Counted from the whole stretch's first letter, positions 11,990-25,850 are shown. The stretch is 63,245 bases of DNA, filler included, from Choristocarpus tenellus KU-1152 (GCA_964200185.2; 12 parts of 12 records of this genome joined end to end with filler, not necessarily neighbours in it); one strand, 5' to 3'. Translations and numbers: made by a program. Notes: a model not told the origin generated them from the letters alone.

Positions 11990-12790
11990 CAATCTCACCT
12001 CCTCTTCTTCCGTGGCGTCCTCATCGATGGCTACCTCCATCTGCTTCACGACCTCCTCGAAGTAAAGGATTTGGTGGTAGCGAAGCATTTCCGCAGCTGC
12101 CTTTGTTAAGAATCGCTTTCTCCTCCGCCTTGCGAGCCCTTTCAACCTTCTTTCGGGCTTCAGAGCCTTTGTGACCCAACCCTAACATCTTCTTTCTCGT
12201 TTCTTTAAGTCACTCCAGCTCGCATAGCTTCCAAACAGCCAGGGCCTGCTGCAACTGTCGATACTAAGATATTATACACCTGGGTTTTTGCTTAGGCATT
12301 TCCTGAGCGCAATGGCATGCATTCGCATTGTTCCCCTCCCCAACCTTCCCTTGGGCTGGCCTCCATGGTTCTCCCTTTGCTCGCCGTGTCCAGGCTTCCC
12401 CACAGACTTCGTCCCTTTATCACCTGGTGATGGACTCGCCGCTCTCTTCCTGCTGTCTCGATGCGCAGAGACTGCAGAGCACTGCTCCACAGTGGTTGAA
12501 GATTCAACCACGTTTGTATGGTAATGTCTTCAATGCATCTTCTCTCAGCGTCAGTGTCACGGCCACATGGTCCATTGCGCGATTTGATCATGGTGCTATG
12601 GCACAGTACACGCACTTTTTCGTCACCTAACATCGCACTTAGTGTCATACGGTACTTGTTTTTCTGTCGCTTCTCAACAGAGGTGCAGAGGGTAGATCCA
12701 GGGGGCAGAGTGGCCTCGGCGACTCTCCTTCTCTCACCGTTGTGGTCCATGTTGCTGTATGGATCACCCTTGTGTGTGCTCACAGCCTAA
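11990..12790 (-). pseudogene. Disrupted coding remnant of unknown (probably TE) origin
   Basis: Consecutive minus-strand frames with charged, coding-like composition (KKVERARKAEEKAIL), broken by frameshifts and stops. Confidence 0.3.
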
Positions 12791-13799
12791 CTGCAAATGG
12801 CGTTAAAAATATGTCTATAAGTCTTGCTTTTTGTTTCGGTATTGCAAACACCACATTTGGGACCTGCATCAGGTGTTTATAGGGAATTCAGTCAAAAACT
12901 TAATTTTTTTACCTTTTTGAGGTTGTGACCATCAAAATTGTGTCGGAGATGTTCCTCCACGTTTTTCCGATTACAGTAGGTTAACCTATTTTGGGCCAAA
13001 CATTATGAACCAAATCGAAAAAGATGCAATTTTGTATCGCTTTTTTCGACAAGCTCAAAAAATAGGATTTTGTACCGGAATTCTCGTATTCAGGCGATTT
13101 GGCACAAATCCCAGAGATATTCACGCGAGTTTGGCTCGCGAGGAATTTTTTCGCGCGAAAAGTGCCCTTCTTCCTGAATCATGCTACCATACAACAGTAC
13201 AGTACGTTGCTGGTAGGAGAATAAAGTGGAAGCCATGCCTTGTACTGTGGGAAACCTCTGCAAGATGCCTTCAAACACAGCGGGTCAGCCTTTCTGCNNN
13301 NNNNNNNNNNNNNNNNNNNNNNNNNNNNNNNNNNNNNNNNNTTAATTAATTAANNNNNNNNNNNNNNNNNNNNNNNNNNNNNNNNNNNNNNNNNNNNTTT
13401 CCTGATTTTGGACCAAATGGACCCCCAGGGGTAGCACCCCCCCCCCCCCCTGCAGATACTTTGGGTCATAATGACAGAAAGAACTCGTATATCACATGCA
13501 CCAACTTGTATGTAAGCAACAGCTACATAGTACTCCGAGTAATAATTGGTCTATTTATACGAGGTATCTTGTAGTATACACTGTTAGTAATATTATGCTT
13601 AATGGCATTGATTGGGAGATGGGCCAGGGGAGGGAGAAGAAGAAAAGATCATGTTAAATACTGAGATACCACTGTTGTCCCATTACTTCCTCCCCCGAAT
13701 TTAGAAGGACTCGTAAGGAACTTAGAAGGGTAGTTGGGAGAATAACCCATTATCAGCAAGTTTCGACTCTTGAATTCAATTTAGGCCATGGTTGATCCA

Positions 13800-15900
13800 C
13801 TCTCGTGAACTCCCTAGAAACCCAGAGAGGCAATAAAGAAGGGTGAGCAGGGACATCATAACAAAACTCTGAGGGTGACGTCCAATTGGGGTTTGAGATG
13901 TTGGACAAATTTAGTTAGAATTGTGACCATATTGTGTGTCTCAGCGCACAAACCCAGCTGATCCGACAGACCAGGTGCGTGTATCATGACCAGCACCTTC
14001 TCTGCAATTAGAGCAATTGCCCGCTCCACCTTCCCATCCAGCTGAGGAGTACCAGCGAGGTGAACTCATGTCAAATCTCATGCTCATCTATTACTCTTTG
14101 GAATTCCGCATTCTTGAGCTCCGTTCCCTCTTTCAGTCCTCACATACCCAATGCACAGGTTCTACACCCCTGCCATATCTTAATTGAAAGCCTGGAACTT
14201 AAACAGTTTCACCCTTTGATTGCAGAATCGAATTAATCTCATCCCTACCTTGTCGAAGACCATCAATGTATCTATAAATAAAATGCCCAGGCAGCTCTCT
14301 CCGGGCTTCAGTCCACTCTGATCAATGATATCCCCCACCCAAAGGTTTCTCCCATCTGCTCAACATTAACTTGGGTACTGGTTTCTGATGAGCCTTACCG
14401 GCAACATATCCCCTGCACTACTGCTTCCACTTGCCCAGTCAAAATATATTGCCACCCTCCTTGGCATACTTGAGTAACATTGCCTCATCGAAATGTCCCA
14501 ATTGCCAATGCATCTGATAGATTTCAACAAGTGCAGCAAGTCCTACTCTCTAACTCGCTCCCCTACGTGACTATGACAAATGCTGCAGTCCTCCCAAGTT
14601 CAGCTCATCATTTTTTTTCCCAGTCAATAATTTAGTCCATCCCCCAGGGCCAACATCTGCTCTAGCATCCTTGAGGCAGATCCCTCCTCCCCAACAGTCC
14701 CCTGGGATGATGGCACGAGCTTAAACCCCTTCAGGGGTAAGTTCCTTAGTTGCCACAACCTTCACCTCTAATGTTGCAGCCACTCCAGTTGACCCCCCAA
14801 GATCAACAGCATTGCTTTCCCCTTCCAGGCAGAGGATACCTACTCCTGCCCTCCTAACGGCAAGGCGAGAGCAAGGTTTGTCACACCCCTCTCTACCATG
14901 TCTAGTGGGTCAGGGGGAGTTTGTCTTCGGGATGTATTGGGCAGTATTACTGTGCTCCTCCTGCTCCTTTTCAAGGTAAAACTGCCGTAGTTCTTCTTGA
15001 ATGTCCTTGTGAACTTCAATCCTGCCCCCCCCCACAGGTGGAGTCAACCCTTGCCAACAGAGATTCCGTCCCGATTGGTGTCCCACTCGGATCATGGAGA
15101 AAGGGTTGAATTTTCACCCAGGGACTAAAGACACTTTGAGAAGGAAAAAGTTGAGATTTGACCTATTTAACTCAACGCAATGACAAATGCCCAATGGTAG
15201 TAACTTGAAGATGCTTCTCATCACTAACGGACACTGATACCCCTTCAACTGGCTTTGTATCTATCAATGCTGTAGGGTTATTGGTCATGTGCCATGAACA
15301 ACCATTACCAAAGAACCAAATATAGGTCTCATTCCTCAATACTACTGCCATCAAACCTTATCACTGTAATCCCCCAAGCATCACCAGTCAGCCTTACCTC
15401 CATCAGTCCCACCGCTTCCCCTTTGCTCTTCCTCTTCTTCCTGTCCTTCCCAGCATCTCTTCTGTTTGAGCCCTGTCCCATAGTCCCATTAACTTCCCCT
15501 CGGGTAGTGGGATTATTTTCGGCAGGCCTCCTGCTACAACTGAAATTGGTTTTCGGTTCTGTAAAACTGCACCCCCTTGTCATCACCTTGGTGTTCCACA
15601 TTATCACCATTGACATTACCGATGACCTCCGTTGTACATCATCAGGACTCCTCCCTCAAGTAATTTAAGTCACACTGACCTTGAGATCTCCGCAAAGTTT
15701 CAAGTGTGCTCACTAGCATGTTCAAGAAGCTGATATATCCAGGACTTGTCTATATAATTGTTCATAATCCTTGTTAAGCTAAACAGAAGGAACAGGGACT
15801 GAGGTCACCCAGATAGGGAGTGTTGTCCTTTCTACGAAACATCATCTTTATCATCCTATCTAAACCAACAGCCCGTTGAACATTCATCACTAGTCCATTG
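13800..15900 (-). mobile_element. Copia gag-protease-integrase remnant, heavily decayed
   Basis: WFFGNGCSWHMTN (W..DSG.S.HMT protease motif), WHWQLGHF-like pre-integrase zinc finger (~14500), TPQLDGKVERAI integrase motif (~14020-14050). Confidence 0.75.
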
Positions 15901-17279
15901 TCCTTTGGATACCAGCTTCCATGTATCTATTGGTAAACGTATTTCCCATTCAGCAAAGTTATAATTTGTAGGGCGTTAGTTGGGGATGATTCGGACTGGT
16001 GATCAGAGAGATTCACACGACCCTATGTTTCATGCAAAGTACTGACTAAATGTTGTTGAAATATTCCACACTGGACCCGCGGCTTTGGTGCTTTGATGAA
16101 AGACAATAAATAGCTTGATGTAGATATGCAAAGTTAATATTACAAGGGGCTTATGGTCTCGATTCCGCTGACTGAACTTGTGGGGTGAGACAGGTGCAGA
16201 CTACCATGTGGGATTTGCAACGTCCACATGGACAATTAGAAAAAAATATTACCTACGTATTATATGAAGCATGTATGATTATCAACGGATAATCTAATAT
16301 CAGGTCCCTATAATACACGAACGATGGGTAGATCTCACCTGAAATATATGTGAACATATATCTGGCTCTACTGGTGGTGTCTATAGTGTATCGCCAGCAC
16401 TATCCACGAACAAATGTTGCATGACTAATTGTACTGCCCCGGTTCCTGCCTGGCTTGTTGCGCGCTGGGCTTAGCATTCCTACCTGTAGTGGTTGCATCT
16501 CCTCATAACCCCCTAAATTGCTGGAAGTCCCTATTGCCGTAACTACTAAGTCATGAGGAAATTCAATGTAAGAATAGAACTATTTGCAAATTGGTGATGA
16601 TCAGTCAACGTTGTATGACTAGAATACTGTTACATAGAACTGATACTGGTTCTCTCTAGCAAGGCAGCAAGGAGGGGATAGGTTTGTTTGGGTGATGGAG
16701 GAAGGTGACGACGGTACACGAGACAGGCAAGGGCAAAGACCGAATATATGTGGAAGGATTAACCGAGCTCCAGGAATAGATACCCAGGTCTCGATTTCGC
16801 CGAATGGAAAGGATGCACAGAGAACGGAATAGGCCCACATGGGGACGAGGTGGGGGCGATCGAGGATGGGAATGGCGGCTCACGAGATAGGCACGGGCAA
16901 GGGGGAATCATAAGCAGAGTACATCACTCCCCTTTGGGAATAGGTAGACATGTTTCGTCTCTACAGGATGGCGTAGCCCGGACGGAAAATCGAACGAGCA
17001 CTCAAGGGGATGGGGTCAGAGAGGTGGTAGAGGCACACGACGATGATAGCAGGGAGAGAGACTCGCCCCTACACAGTTACGAGGAAGGAGGAGGCAGGAG
17101 AGGAGGTGATAAGAGATATTACGGGGCTTCGAAGGCCAGCCTCNNNNNNNNNNNNNNNNNNNNNNNNNNNNNNNNNNNNNNNNNNNNTTAATTAATTAAN
17201 NNNNNNNNNNNNNNNNNNNNNNNNNNNNNNNNNNNNNNNNNNNCCCCCCCCCCCCCCCCCCAGATACTTTGACCCTCTC

Positions 17280-18070
17280 GCTTGTCAGGCCCCGTGAGTG
17301 CCTCTGGTATAGAAGATGGTTCTTGATGGTCTGGAGTAGATAGATATTATTTACTTCCCAGACTTACAAGTCTTGTGCAGGCAGCCCTTTGCTGACATAC
17401 TCCCTGGTGCATTCTAGCTTGATGTGACATGCCTTGTCCGTCCATTGAAATTATTCGATGGTTATCGCTGCTAGAATTGCACCTTGATTGTCTCCATACC
17501 AAGTCGTGACCCCCTTGAAGTATGTCCAGCTAATTCCTCCGCCTCTTCAGACGGTATCGCTCTCCTCTGGCGACAAACGATCTGGAGGTCTCCTTTACCT
17601 CCACAGTTGTAGCATATTCCTTCGAAAGAACAAGGACCAATATGCTTGATCAGTCTACAGTTTAAACATCTTCTGTTGGCCCTGATCTCGTCTCTGGTAG
17701 GGGATCCTGTTGTGATATGGTCCGTACGTTGACTAGTTGTACCTTGGCCGCCTCCTACGCTGACCTTCTGTGTTCTCTTCCATGAGATTATGGTCCCAGT
17801 GGCTAGAGTGCTCCCAGGCTCCCCGCGGTTAGCTCCTCCTTTCCTTTCTGGTGGAGGCTTAGTTACTGCTCCTGCTAATATCCTGCTCCCCTAGTGGTAG
17901 GTATGGCAATTGTTTTTCTCATTCCGTAAGCAAGAATCTTGGGGTCTCCAATCGATGGGCATGCCCCCTTCAGGGACAAGTGTTGTGCGACTGCTCCAGG
18001 TCCATAGCCAGATTCTTGTGTCTCAGGCTCAGACTCAGGATCAGGTTGGGTTTCTCAACTCGGTCCCTCT
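17280..18070 (-). mobile_element. Retrotransposon gag remnant with zinc knuckle
   Basis: GPCSFEGICYNCGGKGDLQIVCR (CX2CX4HX4C with H->D) at ~17570-17640. Confidence 0.55.
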
Positions 18071-18410
18071 GTTAGCATAGGTGATAGAATGAGTGGCTCA
18101 ACTGCTGTAACCAACGATCTTCACGCATTGAAGCACCAAAAGTCAACATGGACACCCTGACCGCGCACCCACCTTGCCCAGTCCATATCATCAAAACGAA
18201 GACATCTACTGGAGGACAGGGATGTTGTTGATGAAAGGAGGATATATTCGAAGTCTGAACTGTGGGCATTGCTGCTAATTGCACACGAGATAAGTCAGTG
18301 ACAACCCTGAACGCGAGCCTTCAAATGTCGTTGGCTTACCCGACTCCTGTTAGAACGAATGGTGGAGTGTGAATGAAGTGATGCAAAGCAAGAACCTTAC
18401 GGCGGCAATT

Positions 18411-18653
18411 GAGTGAAATTTTTAGAGGGTAGGAGTTTTACCCTGTTTGTCCGTTTGGCTTCCCACGAGTTTTTTATTACTTTTCCTGCTCCAAAATATT
18501 CTGGAGTAGGAAAATGTATTCTATCAAAAGGTATATCCAGAACAAAGGATGACACTTCCTAACAAACACGATAGCCAAAATTACATCAATATCGCAACAT
18601 TGTATTTTGACCGGCAAACAGACATAGCTCTACCGTCTAAGATACTCTGACTC
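18411..18653 (-). mobile_element. MITE family A copy (diverged)
   Basis: Homologous body and TIRs; flanks AATT/AACT. Confidence 0.9.
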
Positions 18654-20121
18654 AACTGACGCTTGATACGTGTGCGAGAACATTGTAATAATGAAAGGAA
18701 TGCAACTTGAAACTATATGACAGAAAATCCACAAAATCCGGGAGTTTCATGTTCAACAAGCAATTTTGGAGATATCGTGTTCTGTTAATATGTAATAAAA
18801 AACAAGATACTGAGCAGTGACTCAAATATGTTAATCTCCACAAAATCATATAACTGGAGACTACACCAACTACTGCTTTCTACCCCACTACTTCCTAATG
18901 ATATTTCCATATTCATAATATTCATCCCGCATCATCTCCATAAAAGCACCCCAAACCAGAATTGGAATCTCGTGAATACTCTTGACATTATAGTAGTGTG
19001 AAAATTCTGAATCTACCTTTTTTTGGAAGGAGGGAAGGTTTCCAGAATAAGGCGGAAGGGCCTACGATTTTAACGTGAAGTATAGTTGTACCGAATAGTT
19101 TACATAAAACAAAGGGTTCACTCCAACATATCAGTATTTGTACCTCTCCTCCTCTTGTAACCTCCACCATTTGTTCTCACCTCAATCTCCCGCATACCAC
19201 TCATCCCTTCCTCTTCGCCCATCGTCACATAGGAGTAGGTGTTCAAACTTAATCTGTTCAGTACTCGAGGACGAAACTGCACAATAAACGATTAATTAGC
19301 CACTGTCTTCAGGAAACGGATAAACACGACACCCTCATCGCCGAAGTACGTTGGCAAGGGATCGATACATCTTGTTCCTGGTAAGTTTCTCTTCTCCTAC
19401 TATCTCATACGTACAAGTTAGACTTACAAATCGGGTGATGGATAGTTTGGAGTGGATGGAGTGGTCGACGTTCAACACCCCCACACACCAAATACTCTGA
19501 TAACTCGGCACCCCCACACAAGACAAACATTCTGTATGTAATCCTTCATCGTTCTCCTTACCATTACTCAATCAAGCTCGGCCTAGCCTCCAACGATAGA
19601 GTACAATTCACCAATGACACACCCCTAGATATATGTGGCACAACTATCTTCACCACTCATCAACCATCAACAGTGTGTCGAACTTCCTCGATGTTGATGA
19701 TTGGTGCATGGAGACTTTTACAAAGCACAAGTAGTTTGATTATATATGATCGTTGCTAACCTAAGGTACTTGTGGAGTGTTCAATGTCACTGGCATGCTT
19801 TGTTGTAGAGATATGCTCCATATCCACACCCCACTCACTTACCCCAAACATCCAGCTTTCATCAACGACATGGGACAAACTGCAGTAGTAGCTTATCACT
19901 GTCTCAACACGGACGGGTACATGATTGCAACCACCGAGACTTCTATATACTCCGTTGAAGCGTATGTGCCCTCAAATCCTCAGTCAACACAGAAATTATA
20001 TGTCAGAATGCTAAACACAGATACCATGTCGTGTAGCTAATCAGTCCCGAGTCCCCTCTAAGCTAGTCTTCAACACCGCCGACTCTGTACCTCTGTAAGA
20101 CCAGGACCAGGAACTCGAATC

Positions 20122-21360
20122 ATGAAGCTAGACTCCACCGCGATCAACGGAAACGAGCTCCATCAAGATGTCGTCCAACACATAATATCTTTCACCTGTG
20201 ATAACAACTTCCTATTTGTATCAGAGGTAGCGTCGACATGGAGAGCTGCGTGGGGCAATCGCTCCCCGAGGACAAGCATAAGTGCTGCAGTACAAACGGT
20301 GCCACGACTAGCTTGGGCTAAGGATTGTGGATGCCCATGGCAGGTTGAAACCTGCGCCCGAGCTGCAGGTGGTGGTGCCCTCGCGGTGCTTGCTTTCGCA
20401 AAATCCAACGACTGTCCTTGGGATGGAACCACCTGCTCCCAAGCCGCAGCTGGGGCACACCTGAACATCTTGAAGTGGGCAAGGGCCAACGGTTGCCCTT
20501 GGGATGTGCGTGTATGTGCCCATGCTGCAGATCGGGGGCATCTGGATATCTTGAGGTGGGCAAAGGCTAACGGCTGCCCATGGGATGGTGCTATATGCTC
20601 CCGTGCGGCGGAAGGGGGACACTTGGAGGTCTTGAAGTGGGCTAGAGCCATTGGCTGTATGTGGGATGGGGCTACCTGTGCTTGTGCAGCAGCAGCCGGC
20701 CACCTCGACGTGTTGAAATGGGCCAGGGGCAATGGTTGCCCTTGGAACATGTGGACGTGCGCCAGTGCAGCGGAGGGGGGTCACTTGCACGTGCTAAAAT
20801 GGGCCAGGAGAAATGATTGTCCATGGAATGAAACTACATGTGCAGGTGCTGCACGGGGAGGGCATCTCGAGACCTTGATGTGGGCCAGGGCCAACGGATG
20901 CCCCTGGGGAAAGTGGACCAGTGCCTACGCTGCAGGTGCTGGGCATCTAGATATCTTGATGTGGGCCAGGGTCAACGGTTGCAAATGGGATGAGACTACC
21001 ACCTCATGTGCAACCAAAGGGGGACACCTGGACATATTGAAGTGGGCCAGGGCCAACGGTTGTCCATGGGATGTGCGAACCTGTGCCAATGCCGCCCGAG
21101 GGGGCCACCTAGAAATTCTGAAGTGGGCCAGAGCCAATGGGTGCCCATGGGATGGGACCACCAGTATGTCCTCTGTGAAAGGTGGGCATTTCGACATTCT
21201 CAGGTGGGCCAAGGCCAACGGTTGCCCATGTGATGGGATTTGCTTCAGCACCATGCCAGAACAGGGTCGAACCATATCCACTTCAAAGCGTATCTTGTGT
21301 GCAAGGAGGGTACCAGGATATTTTGAGGTGGGCCATGGTCAATGGTTGCCTATGGGATGA
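20122..21360 (+). CDS. Intronless F-box-like + ankyrin-repeat protein (27-aa GHLxxLKWARANGCPWD repeats)
   Basis: 412-aa ORF. The N-terminal LHQDVVQHIISF..FLFVSEVASTWRAAW is F-box-like, followed by ~12 repeats with 81-nt periodicity of the type seen in giant-virus and algal ankyrin proteins. Confidence 0.9.
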   Translation: MKLDSTAINGNELHQDVVQHIISFTCDNNFLFVSEVASTWRAAWGNRSPRTSISAAVQTVPRLAWAKDCGCPWQVETCARAAGGGALAVLAFAKSNDCPWDGTTCSQAAAGAHLNILKWARANGCPWDVRVCAHAADRGHLDILRWAKANGCPWDGAICSRAAEGGHLEVLKWARAIGCMWDGATCACAAAAGHLDVLKWARGNGCPWNMWTCASAAEGGHLHVLKWARRNDCPWNETTCAGAARGGHLETLMWARANGCPWGKWTSAYAAGAGHLDILMWARVNGCKWDETTTSCATKGGHLDILKWARANGCPWDVRTCANAARGGHLEILKWARANGCPWDGTTSMSSVKGGHFDILRWAKANGCPCDGICFSTMPEQGRTISTSKRILCARRVPGYFEVGHGQWLPMG

Positions 21361-22457
21361 GAATATACTGCATTAGCATTGTGTCACGGAAGGGACAACA
21401 CCCAGGGATGTCAAGGCTCGTCATTGTGTGTAAATGGAGACGGGAGTATTCTGAGGTGAATCGGTACAATATGTTTGCTCATTTGTTAGCACGCATGTTT
21501 CAACATGTTTGTAGTTGGTCGTTGAGGGTGTTTGCAGTAGATCGACGTGATAGGAACTACTGTAATAGGTTATTTTTCCCTCTTACTCTGATACCATTTG
21601 ATTCGGAAGACTAGCAAGGAATGCAGCAAGAAATTCCGTATATTTGTGTGTTCCAGATACAATGTATTTGGTTTTATCAAATGTTACGTTGGTGGAATGG
21701 CGAAGATATTATATCATTGTTCTACTTTATTTCCCCAAACAACTTGTTGCTTTTTTTGTTGTAGCAGTGGTTGTCGTTGAAGCAAGCAACACTACTATAC
21801 TACTTGGGATATGCAGTACTGCAATTCGAAGGGCTTTCATCAGGTACGAAAGCATAGAAAGTTCAAATCTGGGCATGCTTCATCCCATGTTTGAAAAAAC
21901 GTGGTCCTATTTGATGAGTAGAGGTTACCTCGTTCTGGCTGAAGTTCACACAGTCCTTTTGCATGTTGAGTGATTGGCTAGGCCATTGTGTTGGCATGTA
22001 CTCGCGAGAGTGTGCTAGGTTATGCACTCACTATGTGATTGGGTCGTTCAGAGGTATCAGTATAGGAGGTAGTTTTTTGCTACTAGAAGGATCTGCAAAT
22101 TGTTGGTGCTTTGTAGACAGTAGAATTAGGTTGAGTAATACCAGCTGAGAGGTAGGCAAGGTTACACTCTACGGATCCCGAGAAAGAGCAAAAAATATGC
22201 CATTTTGAACATTACAGAAATAGCCTTTCCTATATTGTGGTATCACTTTTTGTGTGGAAAGGGGGAATATCAATTTGTGTACACTATTGTGCAAATAAAC
22301 AAATGAGATAAAGTGTATTGTACAAGGTAAGAAAGGTGGCTTGGAATGCGATGGGGTCCAAACCTGCCTACCTCTTAAATAGTTAGGTTCGTTCCACTAA
22401 AAAAGTGAGTATAATTTTTAAATCCTGAGCTTGAGAGTGAGTGTAATACAAGCAACA

Positions 22458-22717
22458 GAGTTAAAGATATCTTAGAGAGTACGAGCTTTTCCACGTTTGT
22501 CCATTTGGAGCTTGGCTTGCCACGGGTTTATAATGACATCTTACCTACTCCAAAATGTTTCGGAGTAGGTAAAATGTTTACGTTATGGAAAGGAGTGTCC
22601 GGAACAAGGATATTGATATCTCCTAACAAACAAGATAAAAAAAATTACATCAAAATTGCAATATTTCATTTTGGCCCCCAAATGGACTCTGCTCTACCCT
22701 CGAAGATACTTTGGCTC
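22458..22717 (-). mobile_element. MITE family A copy, TSD AACA
   Basis: TIRs plus AACA on both sides. Confidence 0.95.
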
Positions 22718-24618
22718 AACATGTTGAGGGGCAGATAGTAAAGTGTGCTTGCGTTGTTAGCAAAGGTAGTGTGACCTAGAGGAGAAAGGGGGTGAGGTAA
22801 CAGGTACATCCAATATTGAAGCAGGGTCACTAATCCCTTATGCCCTTGAGATCGTGGACAGCATGCCGACATATTAAATGGTGTTTGGGAGACGTTCTTA
22901 GACTTTTCAATCAGGCGCCCTTGGACAATGCCAATAGCAAAGGGGATGCGTCTCTATGCATGGTATTATTTAACTACTGAGATTTTGTAGCGGAGATTCT
23001 AATGAGGGGAAATACGAATAACAGTATTAAATTTGTTTGCGCGTTTGCCAAATCTGCCACTACCTTCCTACTGTTGCTGCATTATCTATATCAAGAATAA
23101 CACTACAAAGGAATTGATTAGGAAGGCAAGTATTTGAGAGGTGGCCCAGAAATCAGAGAGGGGAGGAAATCTGTGGGTCCGTCTGATACCATTACCTGCC
23201 CACTGTGTTGCCTTGCTCTGGTTATGTCATGCCTTGATATTTCCACACACTGAATCTTACATTAAATCATTATCGATTGCATGTAGTTGTTATTTGTAAA
23301 ATCGCTCTCACGATTTAACTTTAGCCCCTTAGTATAGATGTTTCTTGGTGTATGATACATATTTTTTGTGACCTTCAATAGTCTTACTACTGTACAAATG
23401 GTACGAAACAAGGGATACTACTGGTAAAATATTTGTACTGTACTTTACGGTGTAACTTTGTGCTATTCGCTTTGATATCGACTGTGGAGGACCATTGATC
23501 AGTGTTGAAACTGTTGTCGTTGAAGGTAGTGTCCATGATGCGTAGTCTATAATATGTATAGGTGTGATTGTGCTGCAAAGTACCGATATATTTCTTCCGT
23601 TGTAACTGAGGTCATTGATCTCTCAGTCAAGAATGATTCGATGTGAATTCATTATTCTTTCATGTGATACTCAACTAAAGAAGTCCATGCTCTGTGGAGA
23701 GGCTTGTTACCTTGGCTGGCAAGGGTTTCCGCGGATGGTTTTAACTCTGATTATATTACATTCATGTGTGTGTGTTTGATACCCAGTTTGCAGAGTGGCG
23801 TTGATGCAATCTGAGAGATCAATGGCAGTCACGAAAGAAATAATAATCAGCCATCAATGAACAACTGTCATCTTCTCCTGATAAGGAGGAGTGAAAGAAA
23901 AAACAACAACAGAACAACAGAACAAAATCGAAACAATATGTGATGCAAGTCATGTGACGTACAGTATACTATACTATTTGTGTGGAACACAGAGCGACTG
24001 TTCTGTACTAAAGTGTTGTGATTGTAGTTGATGTGGTGATGANNNNNNNNNNNNNNNNNNNNNNNNNNNNNNNNNNNNNNNNNNNNTTAATTAATTAANN
24101 NNNNNNNNNNNNNNNNNNNNNNNNNNNNNNNNNNNNNNNNNNATCAGAATCGCCACATTGGATTTTGGCCCCCAAATGGACGCGGCTCTACCCTCTAAGA
24201 TACTTTGGCTCCTCTGTTCTCTCGTCGTTCTCAGTCCAATGGGTCCCACAGACATGCAAGAAAGTGGTGTGTGAGGCAATGGTTCCAATGAAAAAAATAA
24301 GGTACTTTTAGGTACTGCTTCCTGCCACTCGAAATGGACAATATCAGAGTGCCCTTCAACGTCTATGTGGGAGTATTGAGGTAACAACTTTACCTCACAC
24401 CAAACATTTGATGTGTGGAAAATATCGGTGACTGGAGCACTGTGGGACCCAACGAAACAAAGTGGGAGTGTGGCCTGCACTCTATTTGCGGTTGCTTTGT
24501 TCGTCGCATCTGTGACTCAGAATAACATTTGGCAGGGAGATGCTCTTTTTTTCTCTCCTACGTGTCCCTCAAAACCATGCCCTATTTTGTGCTCGGTCCC
24601 AGGAACTCGAGTTTAGAA

Positions 24619-24797
24619 GGCTCAAAGTATCTGGGGGGGAGGTGGTGCCTGTTCTTTTGGGGTCAATTTTCTCCTGTCACGATTTTTATGTGATTTGGTT
24701 GCATACGTCGGAAGGATAATGTAAGTGCACTTTTCCTAGTTTTGACCCAAATAGACACCCTGATGTAGCCCCCCCCCCTCCCCAGATACTCTGGGTC
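24619..24797 (-). mobile_element. MITE family B copy
   Basis: GGCTCAAAGTATCTGGGG...CCCAGATACTCTGGGTC; flanks AGAA/AAAA. Confidence 0.9.
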
Positions 24798-25255
24798 AAA
24801 ATGATTTCTTTACAGTTCGTCAACAGAATTACACCGGTCCCAAGAATTGCATGCACTCACGCAAAGTTGTTGTGACAATGCCGCCTAGCAATAATCCTCT
24901 CAATTAAAAGTACGGTTGTATCTCGCTTGCAACGATCACAACAGACTACTGTTGATTTTCTCAGGGTATTGTAGGGCACAATGTTGTGAGTGAGTAACAG
25001 GGGAGGGCTATGCCAGGGGGAAAGCGGAGGAGAGGTGTTGTAAACTGAGCTGACTCACCCGAGGTGGGATGACGATGCCCTCAATGCTTAATATCACAGG
25101 AATATGATAGTGCCAGGATGATCATGAGTCAGAAGTCTTCATATCTTCAATTTCGATTATTCATTATTTTTGATTACAAAAAATTGGAACAGGCAAGGTG
25201 GGCTTATCTCTCACTGAATACTGAAAAGTAAAGGAATAAGAAGCACGTATGTCCC

Positions 25256-25440
25256 GACCCAAAGTATCTGGGGGGTGGGGGGATGGGGTTTACACCAGAG
25301 TGTCCATTTGGACCAAAATCAGGAAAAGTGCATTTGCATTATCCATCCGACATACGCAACCAAATCACACAAAAATCGTGACATGAAAAAATTGACCCCA
25401 AATGGACAGCCTCCACCCCCCCCCCCAGATACTTTGAGTC
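25256..25440 (+). mobile_element. MITE family B copy, TSD TCCC
   Basis: GACCCAAAGTATCTGGGGG...CCCCCAGATACTTTGAGTC flanked by TCCC on both sides. Confidence 0.95.
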
Positions 25441-25499
25441 TCCCTCTGATCTAAATCTCAGAGGAATCTTACAGTGCAAAATTAATGAGGCATATATGA

Positions 25500-25850
25500 A
25501 CCCGCCACGTATAAGACTTGCTTCTGTAACAAAAGTTCTGCCAGTTAGTACCCACTGTGCTCCAGCAGCCCCTATAAGAAAGGAAAAGTGGGAGGGTTGC
25601 GCCTGGGTAAACAAAGCTATGGGGGTGTGGTGGGAAAAAAAGAGAAAGAAATCATTCACCACTTTGGCAGTCACAGTGCTTGATAAACACCAGGAGAAAT
25701 TCATAGGGGGGACTGCTCGTTCTATGCTTGGAGGAAAGGGGAGGAGAAAGCTCCACAAGCCCGCTGCCACGGTGCTCCAGCTGCACCAGGAAGAAGGGCA
25801 TAGGGGCCGGCGCTGTACCTGGATAGTAGGGATGAGTTATGCGTGAGGAA
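25500..25850 (+). mobile_element. Gag-like remnant with a frameshifted CCHC knuckle
   Basis: CGGTGCTCCAGCTGC...GAAGGGCAT...CGCTGT gives RCSSC..EGH...RC across a frameshift. Confidence 0.35.

Noticed and set aside
11787-12065. Recurrent small ORFs with 'YIKIA.LDFGPQMDAALPSKILWL' (also 22505, 39243, 40417)
   Set aside because: Translations of MITE A; starts and frames are not conserved between copies.
20163-21281. Long antisense and alternative-frame ORFs over the ankyrin gene
   Set aside because: Shadows of the 81-nt periodic sense ORF.
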